A DNA stretch of 63,652 nt, the filler included. It is 9 parts of 9 records of this genome, joined end to end, with 100 filler letters (N's around TTAATTAATTAA, not from the genome) between each part and the next. Parts side by side here need not be neighbours in the genome. Positions count along the whole stretch, not along the records: positions 33,379 to 39,653 come from SRR31156797_81350; positions 39,754 to 46,411 come from SRR31156797_81355; positions 46,512 to 52,356 come from SRR31156797_81619; 6 more parts are not named here. The stretch is one strand, 5' to 3'. The position numbers and the translations under genes are program-made. Shown in pieces: positions 38,623 through 48,103 of the stretch. Under the pieces are notes generated by a model. The model had not been told where the DNA came from and did not search any database. It worked only from the letters and a program-made list of their open reading frames with translations. Each line of letters begins with the position of its first letter. Within the stretch, counting starts at the first letter, position 1.

Positions 38623-38674
38623 CCTGCTGTACACCAATTGGGGTTAGAGTGATATATGCCTAAGTTTTGTGTGG

Positions 38675-39004
38675 TTATAGAGATTCTTCGCCTGTTCTTA
38701 TTCTGATTGTCCGGTTCAGGTCCTGCACGAAGATAACGCCGTCACCTTCCTTGCCTGTCTGGGCACCGGTTTTGATTGCTTCCAGTGCTCCCTCGAGCTT
38801 TTCCTCGTCCAGACCTATTTCGATGCGGACTTTTTTGAGCAGGTTAACTTCCATTACTACCCCGCGGTATGTTTCGGTGAATCCTGCCCCCCGTCCTGAA
38901 CCAAGGATGTTGGTTACCGACATGGAGTAGATGCCTTTGGCGTATAGGGCCTGCTTTACCGGGGTAAGGCATTCGGGCCTGATGTATGTGATGATGAGTT
39001 TCAT
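38675..39004 (-). CDS. P-II family nitrogen regulator (GlnK-like)
   Basis: T-loop YRG, TGKEGDG, IRIRTGE; downstream of amt. Confidence 0.93.
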   Translation of the reverse strand: MKLIITYIRPECLTPVKQALYAKGIYSMSVTNILGSGRGAGFTETYRGVVMEVNLLKKVRIEIGLDEEKLEGALEAIKTGAQTGKEGDGVIFVQDLNRTIRIRTGEESL

Positions 39005-39034
39005 TGTATTATTCCTCTCTTTGTGATGGTTGGA

Positions 39035-39653
39035 CTATTCGTTGGAGAAGATCTGAAAACCGTTGTAGGACTCCATGCCGTGCTCACTGATGTCGAGACC
39101 TTTCATTTCTTCTTCAGCTGAAACCCTGATGCCCATTATTACCTTGGTGACGGTGAAGGCCAGATACCCCATACCGAAGGCCCAGATAAAGCAGGCTACT
39201 ATACCTATGATCTGAGTGCTTAGAATTCCGAATCCGCCGCCGTAGAAGAGGCCGCCTACACCGTCGTTGAGTGCGGGAGCGGTGAACAGTCCGCAGGCCA
39301 GAGTTCCCCATGCACCGCATACGCCGTGTACGGAAACCGCCCCAACCGGGTCGTCGATTTTGAGCACCTTATCAATGCACTCGATGGAGAGTACTACCAG
39401 TACACCTGCGATGAGGCCGATGATCAGTGATGCTGCGGGAGTTACAGTTGCACAGGGGGCGGTGATGCCGACCAGTCCTGCCAGTGCGCCGTTACAGGTC
39501 ATGGAGATATCGGGTTTGCCGAATCTGAACCATGAGGTGAACATTGCACCGAGAGTACCTGCACAGGCGGAGAGGCTGGTGGTTACTGCGATGAGGCCGA
39601 TGGAGCCGTCCGCAGTGGTGGTTGAACCGGGGTTGAAGCCGAACCAGCCGAAC
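39035..39653 (-). CDS. amt: Ammonium transporter, 5'-truncated
   Basis: GWFGFNPGS, NGALAGLVGITA, IDDPVGAVSVHG, GLDISEHG. Confidence 0.95.
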
Positions 39654-39753
39654 NNNNNNNNNNNNNNNNNNNNNNNNNNNNNNNNNNNNNNNNNNNNTTA
39701 ATTAATTAANNNNNNNNNNNNNNNNNNNNNNNNNNNNNNNNNNNNNNNNNNNN
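39654..39753. other. Artificial contig spacer
   Basis: N-run + TTAATTAATTAA + N-run. Confidence 0.98.
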
Positions 39754-39986
39754 TCTGCCATACGTTTGCTGTCTACATCGCATACAGCAACAAATTGTGC
39801 CTGGTCATATCTTAATGTTTCTGCCGTATCGTGATCTTTGGCAATACGACCACATCCGATTTGCGCTAAATGTATTTTATTGCTTGGAGCGGTTGCTCCA
39901 AAAACAGATGATGGAACAATTGTTGGGATAATCATTGCCCCGGCGGTGGTTGTTCCAGCCTTTTTTAAAAAGATTCTTCTCTTCAT
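39754..39986 (-). CDS. Gfo/Idh/MocA oxidoreductase (Tat signal), 3'-truncated
   Basis: MKRRIFLKK twin-arginine leader, IGCGRI, AVCDVD. Confidence 0.88.
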
Positions 39987-40021
39987 CGTTAATTAAGTTT
40001 TATTGGTTCAATACATGTATA

Positions 40022-41263
40022 CTAGTTCATTTCAATCTTTGGTATTTTAGCAAAACTATTCCAGTATCTTTCTGCTGTTTCAGCATCAAGCTTACCATCA
40101 AAGATAAGCATTCGGTATTTTAGCGTATAACTTTGTTTGGCATCAATTTTCCAGTCATCATGGCGTATCGGAACAAATTCAAAATACATATCACCTCTAC
40201 CACCGTTAGCGTCGAGTGGCCAAACACGCATTGGTTCGGGATGCATTCGGTTTGATGGATGGCTCATAAATAAAATTCCGGAGCGACCTGCTTCAACATC
40301 TGATTCTCCTTCAACTACACACCAGCGTGCATACGATCCGTCGGCATCTTTTCGTGTTTTTCCGTCAGAAGTTAAAACTGTACAGTTGTCTTTATGCCAG
40401 GTTTCGGTAGCTCTAAAACCTATGCCTCCTCCGTAACGATAAGCATTGAGCATGATTCCATCTTGCAATGGACAGTTTAAAGAGGTAGTGTAATCAATCA
40501 TCCAAACACCTTCTCCAAGGTTCCAGGCACGAACATCGAGAATTTCGTTCATGGCAACCGGATCTGCTCCTTTACCTCCAAAATCAATATGTTGTTGTAA
40601 TGCTTTAAATCCGCTAAAAACAGTTCCTTCTTCTTTAGCTAAAAATCCGGCAAACTGTACAGTTCCTTGCCCTTTTACCAGGTTCCAGAAATCTACTTCA
40701 CGACCTTCAATGTAGGTTTTTGTCCAGGGACCCCAAATCCCATAATGGTGGTAATGGTCGGGTGCCTGAATACGCGTTAAAACTTTTCCTCCCGGTGAGG
40801 TTAAGGGATGAATATAACCGGATCGTTTGTACAATGGGTCTGCTTCTTTTGGAGGTAGTGTAATTGCATACCTGTACTTTAAGATTGGCTTTTCACTAAG
40901 CAACAGGCTTAAATCTTCGTTGTCTTTTTTTATTGAAACAACATGTTTCGGTTCAGATGAATTCTCTTCCAGCTTCAGAATGTATTCACGTTCTGTTCCC
41001 TTCCGGATATCTCCTTTCAATAAAAACCAAAGTCTGGCAGTATGCCCATTTTCTAACTGGCAAGCAACAGGAATCTGGTTTTTTCCATCAGTTTCATACA
41101 ATACCAAACTGCCCTTGTCAGTATTGTAGTTTATACCATCTAAAGAAACCGATACTGGCGAATTTATACGGTCTTCCTGAAATGAAATGTTGAACCTGGC
41201 CAATTCTTGAGCCAAAAGAGTTGGGGATATAAGCGTGATTAAAATAATAAGTAGGTGTCTCAT
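40022..41263 (-). CDS. Secreted DUF6807 ('PmoA family') protein
   Basis: Signal peptide; RSGYIHPL...PDHYHHYGIW, YRYGGGIGFR, HPEP.RVW. Confidence 0.8.
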   Translation of the reverse strand: MRHLLIILITLISPTLLAQELARFNISFQEDRINSPVSVSLDGINYNTDKGSLVLYETDGKNQIPVACQLENGHTARLWFLLKGDIRKGTEREYILKLEENSSEPKHVVSIKKDNEDLSLLLSEKPILKYRYAITLPPKEADPLYKRSGYIHPLTSPGGKVLTRIQAPDHYHHYGIWGPWTKTYIEGREVDFWNLVKGQGTVQFAGFLAKEEGTVFSGFKALQQHIDFGGKGADPVAMNEILDVRAWNLGEGVWMIDYTTSLNCPLQDGIMLNAYRYGGGIGFRATETWHKDNCTVLTSDGKTRKDADGSYARWCVVEGESDVEAGRSGILFMSHPSNRMHPEPMRVWPLDANGGRGDMYFEFVPIRHDDWKIDAKQSYTLKYRMLIFDGKLDAETAERYWNSFAKIPKIEMN

Positions 41264-41293
41264 CTTTTAGTAGTTTAGATTTAGTTATTCAGA

Positions 41294-42337
41294 TTATAAT
41301 GGCGGTATTACCTCATTGATCGCGGATTGAAAGGAAAGGATATTTTCGGTGCTTACATCCTGAGGCATTCCTCCTCCACACGACCAGATTACTCGTTTTG
41401 TATCGCCAAAGTCATTTACCATTTTTATTGTTTCTTCCCGAACTTGATCAGGTGTTCCTGCGGCTAATACATCTCGTGGGGGCAAATTGCCAATGAGTGC
41501 TACTTCGGGGCCGGCAAGATTACGAATTTCTTTCATACTGTGTTCAAAACTGAAGTTGTATAAATTTACTCCCATATCCTTAATATAAGGAGTGGAGATT
41601 AATCCCTGGGCATCGTTATGGAAGAAATTTATCTTTGTGTCGATGGCTTTAAAAATGCGACTGATGTAGGGCACAGCAAAACTTTTACATTCTTCATCAC
41701 CAATAAAACCAACTATATCATCAAGTAATAAGATTCCTTCGATGGAAGGAAACATTTCTTTTTGATGTTGAATCCAGTCGATTGAAAAACGTGTGATAGT
41801 TTCCAATAGTTTATGACTGTTCTCCGGATCCATAATAAAGCCCATCATAAGTTCTGTGGTACCCATTAAAAAAGAGGCTATATTAAGCGGCCCCCGAACA
41901 ACTGCAAATTTTATTTCGTGCCCCATTTGGTTAATAGGTTGCTGATAGTTTTGCAATCGTTGAATGATAAAAGGTAGTAACCCATCTGTTTTTGGATTGG
42001 GGATGGCCAGGGTGCTTGCCTCCGAAATATCCTGAATTACTTTATCGGCATGTGGCAAACTGTATTCGCTCCAAACCGATTTTGCACCAAAAGCTGAAGG
42101 CTCGGAGCACATGCCAAATTCAGACCAGAATCCCGGTAAAAATAAAAGGTCGGGAAAAGTTTCAATGGCCTTTTTATTGGCCTCGAACCAGATTTGTTCG
42201 GATGAATAATATTGCAAAGTGGAAATTCCTGCCCAACCAGGAATCCAGGGACTATCGATAATAAATCCTGTAGTTGGCTTAGGGGTATCTTCTCCGTTAA
42301 TGGTACGGAGTAAAAGATCCCATTGTTCATTTGTCAT
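41294..42337 (-). CDS. Uroporphyrinogen decarboxylase / MtaA-CmuA family protein
   Basis: TIM-barrel motifs GPLNIAS.LMG, FFHND, GNLPPRDVL..GTPDQV, SCGGGMP; likely start 42337. Confidence 0.85.
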   Translation of the reverse strand: MTNEQWDLLLRTINGEDTPKPTTGFIIDSPWIPGWAGISTLQYYSSEQIWFEANKKAIETFPDLLFLPGFWSEFGMCSEPSAFGAKSVWSEYSLPHADKVIQDISEASTLAIPNPKTDGLLPFIIQRLQNYQQPINQMGHEIKFAVVRGPLNIASFLMGTTELMMGFIMDPENSHKLLETITRFSIDWIQHQKEMFPSIEGILLLDDIVGFIGDEECKSFAVPYISRIFKAIDTKINFFHNDAQGLISTPYIKDMGVNLYNFSFEHSMKEIRNLAGPEVALIGNLPPRDVLAAGTPDQVREETIKMVNDFGDTKRVIWSCGGGMPQDVSTENILSFQSAINEVIPPL

Positions 42338-42468
42338 TTTATTGATTTTTTTAGGCCTTTCAAAGTTAAAGGAAAGAGAAATAGTTTGCCTGTACACATT
42401 TTGCAATGATTTGTATTAATTTGACATTTTTGTATCTTGCAACTCCAATAAAACCAGTAACTAACATT

Positions 42469-43338
42469 ATGAAAATAATGCATGAGCAAATTGATTTTCC
42501 CGGCAGATCTGCTGTGAAAGTCAAGTTGCAGGAAAAACCACACTTCACTTATCCCTGGCATTTTCATTCTGAATATGAGATTTTATATGTTATTGAAGGA
42601 TACGGAACCAGTTTTGTTGCCGATAACATTGAGGAGTTTAGTTCCGGTGATTTGGTTATACTTGGAAGCAATTTGCCACATTTTTGGAAATCTGATCCAT
42701 CGTATCATTCTTCTGAAAACAAAAAAAAGATTAAGTACGTGGTCATTCAGTTTTCGAACGAATTTTTTAAAGAAGCAATCAATGAATATCCTGAGTTTCG
42801 TTTGATAAAAGAATTGTTGGATAGATCGGGAAAAGGAATACGTTTTACAAAAGCTTTCTCGGAGAAAAACAAAGGAAAGATCTTAAAAGTTGTTCGATCA
42901 AAAGGATTCAATCGTACATTACTTACTCTGGAGCTTTTACAGGTAATGGCCAAAACCGATGCCTATCGTTTGTTGGCGGGAGAGTTATACCAGGTTGAAA
43001 AACATGATTTTACCAGTGACCGTTTGACAAAAGTGATGCATTATTTAAATACCACTTACCTGAAAAAAGTAGATCTGGAAAAAGTGGCCGAAGTTGCAAA
43101 TCTTCATCCTTCCGCTTTTTGCCGGTTTTTTAAAGAGAAATCGGGGAAATCGCTTTTTGAATTTGTTAATGACATGCGAATTAGTTATGCCTGCAGATTA
43201 TTAATAGAAGGCAGAATGACTGTTTCTCAGATATGTTACGAAAGTGGATTTAATAATCTGTCCAACTTTAACCGAACATTTAAAAAGAACACAAAATTTA
43301 CTCCTACACAGTACCTTAATGAATTTTATAAAAAATGA
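42469..43338 (+). CDS. AraC family transcriptional regulator
   Basis: Cupin WHFHSEYE, double HTH (FCRFFK, GFNNLSNFNRTFK); divergent from the UroD-family gene. Confidence 0.93.
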   Translation: MKIMHEQIDFPGRSAVKVKLQEKPHFTYPWHFHSEYEILYVIEGYGTSFVADNIEEFSSGDLVILGSNLPHFWKSDPSYHSSENKKKIKYVVIQFSNEFFKEAINEYPEFRLIKELLDRSGKGIRFTKAFSEKNKGKILKVVRSKGFNRTLLTLELLQVMAKTDAYRLLAGELYQVEKHDFTSDRLTKVMHYLNTTYLKKVDLEKVAEVANLHPSAFCRFFKEKSGKSLFEFVNDMRISYACRLLIEGRMTVSQICYESGFNNLSNFNRTFKKNTKFTPTQYLNEFYKK

Positions 43339-43355
43339 GATTTTGGTTGGTGTGG

Positions 43356-46139
43356 CTATTTTTTTGAGAATTCGGAAGGTGAAATTCCAAATTGCCCCTT
43401 AAAACATTTGGCAAAATACGAAGGTGATGAGAAACCAACTGCATAGGCAACTTCTGATATACTTTTACCACTTTTAATCAGTTTAAGTGAAAGTTTTAAT
43501 TTCACCGAACGTACAAACTCACTTACCGACATACCCGTTAGTTTTTTAATTTTTCGGTAAACGTGCACGCGCGATAATCCAACCTGTTGACTAAGTTCCT
43601 CAACCGAAAATTCTTCTTTATCAATTTGGGTTTCTATAATTTCAGTAATTTTATTCAGGAACTTTCGGTCGAGGCTCGAAAGCTCATTTTCATCTTCCTT
43701 AATAATTAATTGTTCCTTATAACGTTCGTGTATCTTTTTTCTAAGCTCCAGAAGTTTCTTGATTCGGATTTGTAAATGTTGGCTGTTAAAAGGTTTTGGA
43801 ATATAAGAATCAGCCCCTTCTTCCAATCCCTCAAATTTCTGATCTTGAGAAGCTTTTGCGGTTAGCAGAATAACCGGGATATGACACGTTTTAATATCAT
43901 TTTTAAGGGTTCGGGTTAGTTCCAGGCCATCCATTACGGGCATCATAACGTCGCTAATAACCAAATCCGGTTCTTCTTCCATGATTATCTGTATTGCACT
44001 TTTCCCGTTTTCTGCTTCAAGAATTTGGTAAAACTCCTGCAAACTTTCTTTTAAATAGCTTCTTACATCTTTCTCATCCTCAACCAATAATATTGTTTGT
44101 TTGTCGGAAGGTATTACTTTCCCTGTAGGATCTTCGTTTGATAAAACCGGATTTTCATGAATTTCATTCATTAGATTTTCATTTCTAACAGGTTGTTCAG
44201 ATGCAACTGTTGTAATTTTTTCATTTTCATTCAGGTGTGCTTCTCCCATAGGTAGCAGGATCGTAAAACATGTTCCTTTACCTTCAGTACTTGTTACATT
44301 TATTTTGCCGTGGTGTAATTCAATGAATTCTTTAGAAAGCGATAGCCCTAAACCAGTTCCCATGTTCTCCGGTTTTTTCTCAACCTGGTAAAATCTGTCG
44401 AATATATGATTAAGATGCTTTGTAGAAATACCTCTGCCGGAATCTTCAATCTCGATAATCGCTTCATTATTCCAAATTGATTGCTTATCGGCTTCCTGTA
44501 CTTTAATTCGAATATCAATAACTCCATTTTCTGGCGTGAATTTGAAAGCATTGGATAACAGGTTAAAGATTACTTTATCCAGCTTATCCCAATCGAACCA
44601 TAAACTAATAAAAGGTTTTGTTGAGTTAAGATGAAGTCGAATTTGCTTTCTTGCTGCCAGGTTGTCAAACGATTTTTTTATGTCTTCAGTAAAGTCGACC
44701 AAATTGTATTTTCCAGCCTGAAGTTTCATCTTTTCATTTTCAATTTTCCTAAAATCCATTAATTGGTTAATCATGCGCAAAAGCCGCAACGAGTTACGGT
44801 GCATCAGTTTCAACTGGTTTTGGAATTTGTCCGGAATATCTTCGGAGTGTATTAAATTTTCAAGTGGACCAACTATTAAAGTAAGTGGTGTTCTGAATTC
44901 GTGGGAGATATTAGTAAAAAAACGCAGTTTAGCCTGGGTCGCTTCTTCAAGTTTTTCGGAAACTTTTATTATTTGATCCCGCTGTGTTGTTATTTCTACA
45001 TTTTGTTTTTCAATTTCATTTTTTTGCAGAGCAAGCTTTAAATTGGCCTGTTGTTTTTTACGGTAGGCCCTAAAAACCAGTAAAACCAGAATAACAATTG
45101 CCCCCAATAGTAAAAGAACTGTTATCAGAAGATTTTGTTGGCTATTAAACCGTGCAACTTGTTTATCCAGTATTTCCTTCTGAGCTTCTATTTTATCCTG
45201 AAAATTTAAAATTTCATCGGTTTGAAGTTTTAGAATTTCGGCATTGCTGCTATCGATAACAACTGTTTTAAGGATATTTTCGCGATCAAAGGGAAGCTTG
45301 TTTAGAATTTTATGTGTTAGCTGTATTGCCTCTTCGCCACCTGTTTGATATAAAAATGTTGCATCAAGTTTCTTATCAATAACAAATTGAATTCCACCTT
45401 CAGGACCATATAAACCATCAATTCCTAAAAAGAATTTATTATATATTCCTTTTTCTTCAGCAATTTCGCGTGCCGCTTTTGCCATTACATCGTTGTGTGC
45501 AAAAACAAGGTCAAAATCAATCTTTTTTTCCAGAAATTTATACATAACATCTTTGCTGTCACTATAATTCCATTTTCCCGATTCTGATCTTATTACCTCA
45601 ATTTTCTGAAACTGCTTTATACTTTCCATAAATCCTCTGTTTCGGTCGATGGCTGGTGATGATCCTTTTAATCCACCAATCTCAAAAACCTTTCCTTTTC
45701 CCTGAAGTAATTGCGCTGCATATTTGCCAGCTTCTTTTCCGATTAAATAATTATCGGCTCCGATGTAAGCCGTATAGGCGTTGGATGTTATTTTTCTATC
45801 GATAATGATGACAGGAATACCAGAATGAAATACTTTTTCAACAATAGGAGTTACAGGAGCCGACTCGTTGGGAGAAACAATCAACAGATCAATGCCATCA
45901 GCTAAAAATTGCTGAATGTCGTTTATTTGTTTTTCGTTGCTGTTGTTGGCATCTTTAATTGTCAGTTCCAATTGCGGAAAAAAAGATAGCTCGATCAGCA
46001 TCTCGCGTTCCATTGTTTCACGCCAAATATCGCCTGAAGTACATTGTGAAAATCCAATTCGGTATGGTTTTTTAGAGTGAAGATTATACGTAAAAAATAA
46101 AATGAAGCTAAGAATAGCAATAGTTATTTTCCGTAACAT
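43356..46139 (-). CDS. Hybrid two-component sensor (sugar-binding periplasmic domain-HK-REC-AraC)
   Basis: RbsB-like sensor, ISHEFRTPL, HATPase, DVMMP receiver, AraC C-terminus; BT1754-type architecture. Confidence 0.93.
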   Translation of the reverse strand: MLRKITIAILSFILFFTYNLHSKKPYRIGFSQCTSGDIWRETMEREMLIELSFFPQLELTIKDANNSNEKQINDIQQFLADGIDLLIVSPNESAPVTPIVEKVFHSGIPVIIIDRKITSNAYTAYIGADNYLIGKEAGKYAAQLLQGKGKVFEIGGLKGSSPAIDRNRGFMESIKQFQKIEVIRSESGKWNYSDSKDVMYKFLEKKIDFDLVFAHNDVMAKAAREIAEEKGIYNKFFLGIDGLYGPEGGIQFVIDKKLDATFLYQTGGEEAIQLTHKILNKLPFDRENILKTVVIDSSNAEILKLQTDEILNFQDKIEAQKEILDKQVARFNSQQNLLITVLLLLGAIVILVLLVFRAYRKKQQANLKLALQKNEIEKQNVEITTQRDQIIKVSEKLEEATQAKLRFFTNISHEFRTPLTLIVGPLENLIHSEDIPDKFQNQLKLMHRNSLRLLRMINQLMDFRKIENEKMKLQAGKYNLVDFTEDIKKSFDNLAARKQIRLHLNSTKPFISLWFDWDKLDKVIFNLLSNAFKFTPENGVIDIRIKVQEADKQSIWNNEAIIEIEDSGRGISTKHLNHIFDRFYQVEKKPENMGTGLGLSLSKEFIELHHGKINVTSTEGKGTCFTILLPMGEAHLNENEKITTVASEQPVRNENLMNEIHENPVLSNEDPTGKVIPSDKQTILLVEDEKDVRSYLKESLQEFYQILEAENGKSAIQIIMEEEPDLVISDVMMPVMDGLELTRTLKNDIKTCHIPVILLTAKASQDQKFEGLEEGADSYIPKPFNSQHLQIRIKKLLELRKKIHERYKEQLIIKEDENELSSLDRKFLNKITEIIETQIDKEEFSVEELSQQVGLSRVHVYRKIKKLTGMSVSEFVRSVKLKLSLKLIKSGKSISEVAYAVGFSSPSYFAKCFKGQFGISPSEFSKK

Positions 46140-46291
46140 AAGTTTTGGTTCGTTGTAAATGTTAAGGTGAATGTAATAAAATTGAAGAACAATTTACGTT
46201 AGAAAAGAGATATTTGAAGAATGTTATTTTCGGGAAGATCAACTGTAGTTGCTTGTTAAAAACGAGGTATATTCCCAATATCCGCTAAAAA

Positions 46292-46356
46292 GTAACATAA
46301 GTTATAGTTTGTGTAACATTTCTTTGAGCCTCTAAAATTGTACTTGCCTAATTTTG
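46292..46356 (+). promoter_or_regulatory. Bacteroidota promoter with upstream tandem repeat
   Basis: GTAACAT x2 with 21-bp period (46292, 46313); TTTG (46323) and TAATTTTG (46349) match -33/-7 elements. Confidence 0.55.
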
Positions 46357-46411
46357 ATATGGAAAGAATCAAACCTGTGATAAATGAAACAACAAAACGT
46401 ATTTACGGTTG

Positions 46412-46511
46412 NNNNNNNNNNNNNNNNNNNNNNNNNNNNNNNNNNNNNNNNNNNNTTAATTAATTAANNNNNNNNNNNNNNNNNNNNNNNNNNNNNNNNN
46501 NNNNNNNNNNN
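46412..46511. other. Artificial contig spacer
   Basis: N-run + TTAATTAATTAA + N-run. Confidence 0.98.
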
Positions 46512-47978
46512 CTGCGCAATTATGTGAACGGGGAGTGGATAACGCCCGAGGGGTGTGATTGGCGGTCCATCGAAGACCCGTCGACCGGAAACACCGTCGG
46601 TGAATTTCCGCTTACGTCTTCGGCCGACGCCAATGCCGCAATCGCCGCAGCGAAAGCGGCGTTTCCGGGCTGGGCGGCGACGCCTGCTTCCAGCCGGACG
46701 GCACCTTTGTTCAAGCTTCGCGACCTGATGCTTGAAAACATGGAAAAGATCGCCCGCGTCCTGGTCGAGGAAATGGGCAAGTCGCTTCCCGACGCCCGTG
46801 CCGAGCTTAAGCGCGCCCAGGAAAACATCGAAGTGGCCTGCGGCATGCCGGTTCTGCAGCAGGGCGACAAGCTGATCGGCAGCGCGGTCGGAATTGACGG
46901 CGAGGTGTTGAAGCTGCCGATGGGCGTCTTCGGCATGATCGCACCGTTCAACTTCCCCGGCATGATTCCGTTCTGGTTCCTGCCTTACGCGGTGGCCTGC
47001 GGCAACACCTATGTCGTCAAGCCGTCGAGCCAGGTTCCCTGCACCATGCAGTTGATCGGCGAATACATCGACCAAGCCGGTTTCCCGAAGGGCGTGATCA
47101 ACATCGTCAACGGCAGCCACGACGTTTCCGACGCGATGATCGAAAGCCCCGACATCGTCGGCATCTCGCTGGTCGGTTCGACCCGCTTCTGCAAGGAACT
47201 GGCGACGCGCTGCGCCGAGAAGGGCAAGCGGTTCCAGGCCATGGGCAGCGCCAAGAACCATCTGGTCGTGATGCCCGACGCCAAGATCGACGACGCGGTC
47301 CGCAACATGATCACGTCGGGTTACGGCTGCGCCGGACAGCGCTGCATGGCGTCTTCGGTCATCGTCTGCGTCGGCGACGAAACCTACAAGAAGACCTGCG
47401 AGAAGTTCGTCAAGGCGTCGAGCGAAGTGATCACCTGCAATCCGCTGGATCCGAAGGTCGCCGACGAAGGCATGGTCATGGGCCCGGTCATTTCGAAAAA
47501 GGCCAAGGATTTCATCCTCGGTATGATCGAGACCGGCATCAAGGAAGGCGCCACCCTGGCGCTTGACGGCCGCGGCGTGACGGTTCCCGGCCATGACAAA
47601 GGTCATTTCATCGGCACGACGGTATTCACCGACGTCAAGCCGGGCATGGAAATCCACAAGGTCGAGATTTTCGGCCCGGTGCAGTGCATCATGAAGGTCG
47701 ACAGCCTCGACGAGGCGCTCGAGGTCGTCAACAATCACGAATACGGCAACGGCGCGTCGATCTATACCCAGAACGGCTATTATGCCCGCAAGTTCAAGCT
47801 GGAAGCCCAGTGCGGCATGATCGGCGTCAATATCGGCATTCCGGCGCCGGTCGCCTTCCTGCCGTTCGGCGGCCTCAAGGCTTCCCAATACGCCGACATC
47901 AAGGCCCAGGGCAAGGCGGTGGTCGACTTCTTCACCGAAGACAAGGTCATCACCGAGCGCTTCTGGCCGGAAAACTGA
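46512..47978 (+). CDS. CoA-acylating (methyl)malonate-semialdehyde dehydrogenase family, 5'-truncated
   Basis: APFNFP, AKNH in place of the ALDH Glu, GCAGQRCMA catalytic Cys, EIFGPV. Confidence 0.9.
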   Translation: MRNYVNGEWITPEGCDWRSIEDPSTGNTVGEFPLTSSADANAAIAAAKAAFPGWAATPASSRTAPLFKLRDLMLENMEKIARVLVEEMGKSLPDARAELKRAQENIEVACGMPVLQQGDKLIGSAVGIDGEVLKLPMGVFGMIAPFNFPGMIPFWFLPYAVACGNTYVVKPSSQVPCTMQLIGEYIDQAGFPKGVINIVNGSHDVSDAMIESPDIVGISLVGSTRFCKELATRCAEKGKRFQAMGSAKNHLVVMPDAKIDDAVRNMITSGYGCAGQRCMASSVIVCVGDETYKKTCEKFVKASSEVITCNPLDPKVADEGMVMGPVISKKAKDFILGMIETGIKEGATLALDGRGVTVPGHDKGHFIGTTVFTDVKPGMEIHKVEIFGPVQCIMKVDSLDEALEVVNNHEYGNGASIYTQNGYYARKFKLEAQCGMIGVNIGIPAPVAFLPFGGLKASQYADIKAQGKAVVDFFTEDKVITERFWPEN

Positions 47979-48035
47979 TCGAGAAAAGCGGGGCAGGGGC
48001 GTCCTATCCGGCGTCCTGTCCAGTTCAAGTTCGAG

Positions 48036-48062
48036 AAACGGGCGGCTTCGGCCGCCCGTTTT
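48036..48062 (+). terminator. Intrinsic terminator between convergent genes
   Basis: AAACGGGCGGC-TTCG-GCCGCCCGTTT. Confidence 0.75.
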
Positions 48063-48103
48063 GCATGGGTATAGAATGAATTTCCGGACGCCCGTTTCCG
48101 GGA

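Noticed and set aside
40022-41263. Particulate methane monooxygenase
   Set aside because: The 'PmoA family' label is only a name; this is a soluble secreted protein in a sugar locus with no pmoC or pmoB
41294-42337. hemE of heme biosynthesis
   Set aside because: Lacks the HemE MRQAGR motif and has no tetrapyrrole gene context
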